Assembly (NCBI GenBank): GCA_050949505.1
Contig: JBMNFV010000001.1
Coordinates: forward strand, 573,644 to 637,643
Reading direction: 5' to 3'
Length of the DNA: 64,000 nt
Source: Patescibacteria group bacterium
GTDB taxonomy: Bacteria; Patescibacteriota; Patescibacteriia; Patescibacteriales; UBA12465
Under the pieces are notes generated by a model. It ran no database searches. It saw nothing but the letters and a program-made list of their open reading frames with translations, and had not been told where the DNA came from. Below, piece after piece: positions 62,622 to 64,000 of this stretch; the stretch's first letter is position 1; the number at the start of each line of letters is the position of its first letter. The position numbers were made by a program, and so were the translations under genes.

Positions 62622-64000
62622 TTAGTTAATAATAAAGCTAGGCCTCTCCTGTTGGTCTTGAGCCTTAGTGGGCCAATTGCGCCAATCAAATCGTTTAGCG
62701 GTAAATCGATAACTAACCTCCACTGACTGATCAGCTCGCAAGATTAACTTTTGTCCATCTATATAATAATAGGTGTTAGCTAGTTTACCGTAAGGAGTCA
62801 TAATCACCTCCACATTATTTCTATTGAAATCTACCACCTGATACCAAACCCACAAGTCACTCCCTTCCGCCTCCTTAGAGAAGTCTATCACTGCCTGATA
62901 CTCATTCCCTACCCGCTCCGCCAATTTAATCCTCCCCACAATCTCTTCCGTCACCCCTCCCACCAACGCTGAAGCAAAGGTAGAGTAGTTAACCCCCCTA
63001 ATCTGATACAGAGGGTCAATGGTACCAACGGTGAGTTTATTTCCAATATCAAGATCTTTAATATATATCTTTGAGGCTGTAAGACTAAAAGATGGCGCCC
63101 TATAAGCAGAAGGAATAGTGGAAATTTCAGCAGCTTCTTCTATTTGAATAGCATCAAAATAAATAGTTTCAGAAGTAGAGCCATCAGAGTCTATGTCCAT
63201 TCTTACTAATGTAAGCAAGGTGGTGTCAGGGGCTGTGGTAAATACAGTTGAGCAACGGACCCATTTGCCAGTTCCGAGAGTATCTTTGTTTATTGTACAT
63301 CCTCGATGAGTAAGGGCTGAACCATTTTCCCTAGTATACATTTGCGCACTAGCTTTATTGCCGCTAGGTCGATAAGCATAATATGAGAAGATGTATTTAG
63401 TATTAGGTTTAACATTAATAGATAAATTAGCATCTGGAATACAATATCCATCAGTATGGTTTCCAGTTAATTTATAAGAATAGCTACCATCAAGAGAATA
63501 GTCATCACTAACCTCACCTCTACCACTGCCATCTGGGGTATTTGGATTACAAAGACTTTCTCCCAAAGGAAAGTTTTCAAAAGATGAATATCTTCCATCC
63601 ATTATATTAGGATGAATTAAAGATCGATAATTCTTTTGTAAGAAATCTAAAGACACAGCATGGTCAGGATTATATGGAGTAATATTTAATCCTGAAATCA
63701 GTCCCCCTTTTACATCTATCACATTTCCTGTCCCACCGTTCACTACTAAAGTGGTGGTGGGATTAGTGGTGCCAATTCCTACATAATTACTACTATTAAC
63801 TGTAATCCCCGGTTTTACATCATATCTAAGTTGAATATTCTTATTAGTGGTGTCATAAGCTATTTGCCCCGCATTACTAGATGACGAGCCTCCTCCAAAA
63901 AGAATATATCCAATACTGCTGCTTAAAATACTTAACCCTCTACTACTCGAGCCTTCTATCACTAAATCATCCGCATTAACATTGGGCGTAGTTACTGACG
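62622..64000 (-). CDS. Second tail-fibre-like surface protein with a CBM-like jelly-roll domain; 5' end beyond the window
   Basis: The reading frame stays open to the right edge (..SVTTPNVNADDLVIEGSSS..), so the GTG at 63962 is probably not the true start. Contains YVGIGTTNP, GLISGLNITPYNPDHAVSLDFLQKNY (tail-fibre collar-like) and a ~160-aa CBM4/9-like region (63132-63611). Confidence 0.6.
   Translation of the reverse strand, partial: SVTTPNVNADDLVIEGSSSRGLSILSSSIGYILFGGGSSSSNAGQIAYDTTNKNIQLRYDVKPGITVNSSNYVGIGTTNPTTTLVVNGGTGNVIDVKGGLISGLNITPYNPDHAVSLDFLQKNYRSLIHPNIMDGRYSSFENFPLGESLCNPNTPDGSGRGEVSDDYSLDGSYSYKLTGNHTDGYCIPDANLSINVKPNTKYIFSYYAYRPSGNKASAQMYTRENGSALTHRGCTINKDTLGTGKWVRCSTVFTTAPDTTLLTLVRMDIDSDGSTSETIYFDAIQIEEAAEISTIPSAYRAPSFSLTASKIYIKDLDIGNKLTVGTIDPLYQIRGVNYSTFASALVGGVTEEIVGRIKLAERVGNEYQAVIDFSKEAEGSDLWVWYQVVDFNRNNVEVIMTPYGKLANTYYYIDGQKLILRADQSVEVSYRFTAKRFDWRNWPTKAQDQQERPSFIIN

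Noticed and set aside
63955-64000. Apparent frameshift or in-frame stop at ~63960 in the second fibre gene
   Set aside because: The last printed line contains 41 letters instead of 40, with an extra c after ..gccttctatc. The ORF track (GTG at 63960-63962, then IEGSSS) matches the sequence only without that letter, and then the frame is open to the window end. I treat it as a display artefact, not a pseudogene.
56961-64000. Interpreting the fibre locus as a prophage tail module
   Set aside because: No capsid, terminase, portal, baseplate, tape-measure, lysis or integrase genes lie within the 7 kb visible. Fibre 1 has a Sec signal peptide, and housekeeping genes abut the left side. This cannot be fully excluded because the right side is cut off.

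Overview
This 64-kb window is an AT-rich (about 40% GC by eye, not computed), very gene-dense stretch of bacterial chromosome. It holds about 60 protein genes, mostly on the minus strand, and 5 tRNAs (Trp-CCA, Tyr-GTA, Thr-GGT, Glu-CTC, Ser-GGA). I found no rRNA, CRISPR array, transposase or integrase. The core content is housekeeping: a dcw cluster (mraZ-rsmH-ftsL-like-ftsI-murF), rmlA/rmlD, cysS, hisS, tyrS, typA, gyrB, the lower-glycolysis genes tpiA/pgk/eno, clpB, def-fmt, ligA-gatC-gatA, rpmG, mutM and adk. Short genes (a half-size TsaB), almost no Shine-Dalgarno sequences, many membrane or secreted orphans and no respiratory genes suggest a reduced-genome, Patescibacteria/CPR-like organism; this is inference only. 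Clear sigma70-type promoters, hairpin terminators and a perfect CIRCE operator in front of clpB are readable directly. The leads I rank highest are: (1) a surface-fibre locus at 56.9-64 kb, built from phage-tail-fibre-like modules (an S74 autochaperone, YadA-head-like repeats and a CBM-like jelly roll) plus a membrane cupredoxin and small TM paralogs; (2) a membrane-anchored Hsp100/Clp paralog with a degenerate first ATPase module and a small TM partner, which heads a nine-gene envelope/glycolysis operon and is divergent from CIRCE-controlled clpB; (3) two autonomous orphan gene cassettes, each near a tRNA, that share an identical 18-nt upstream motif and carry the only strong SD sequences I saw, one of them beside a ~680-bp decayed non-coding tract; (4) a tandem pair of T4SS-pilin-like genes; (5) an unusual number of catalytically dead paralogs (iPGM-like, HtrA-like, DsbA-like, HAD-like, Clp D1). 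All functional calls come from reading the translated ORFs and motifs. No database search was possible.
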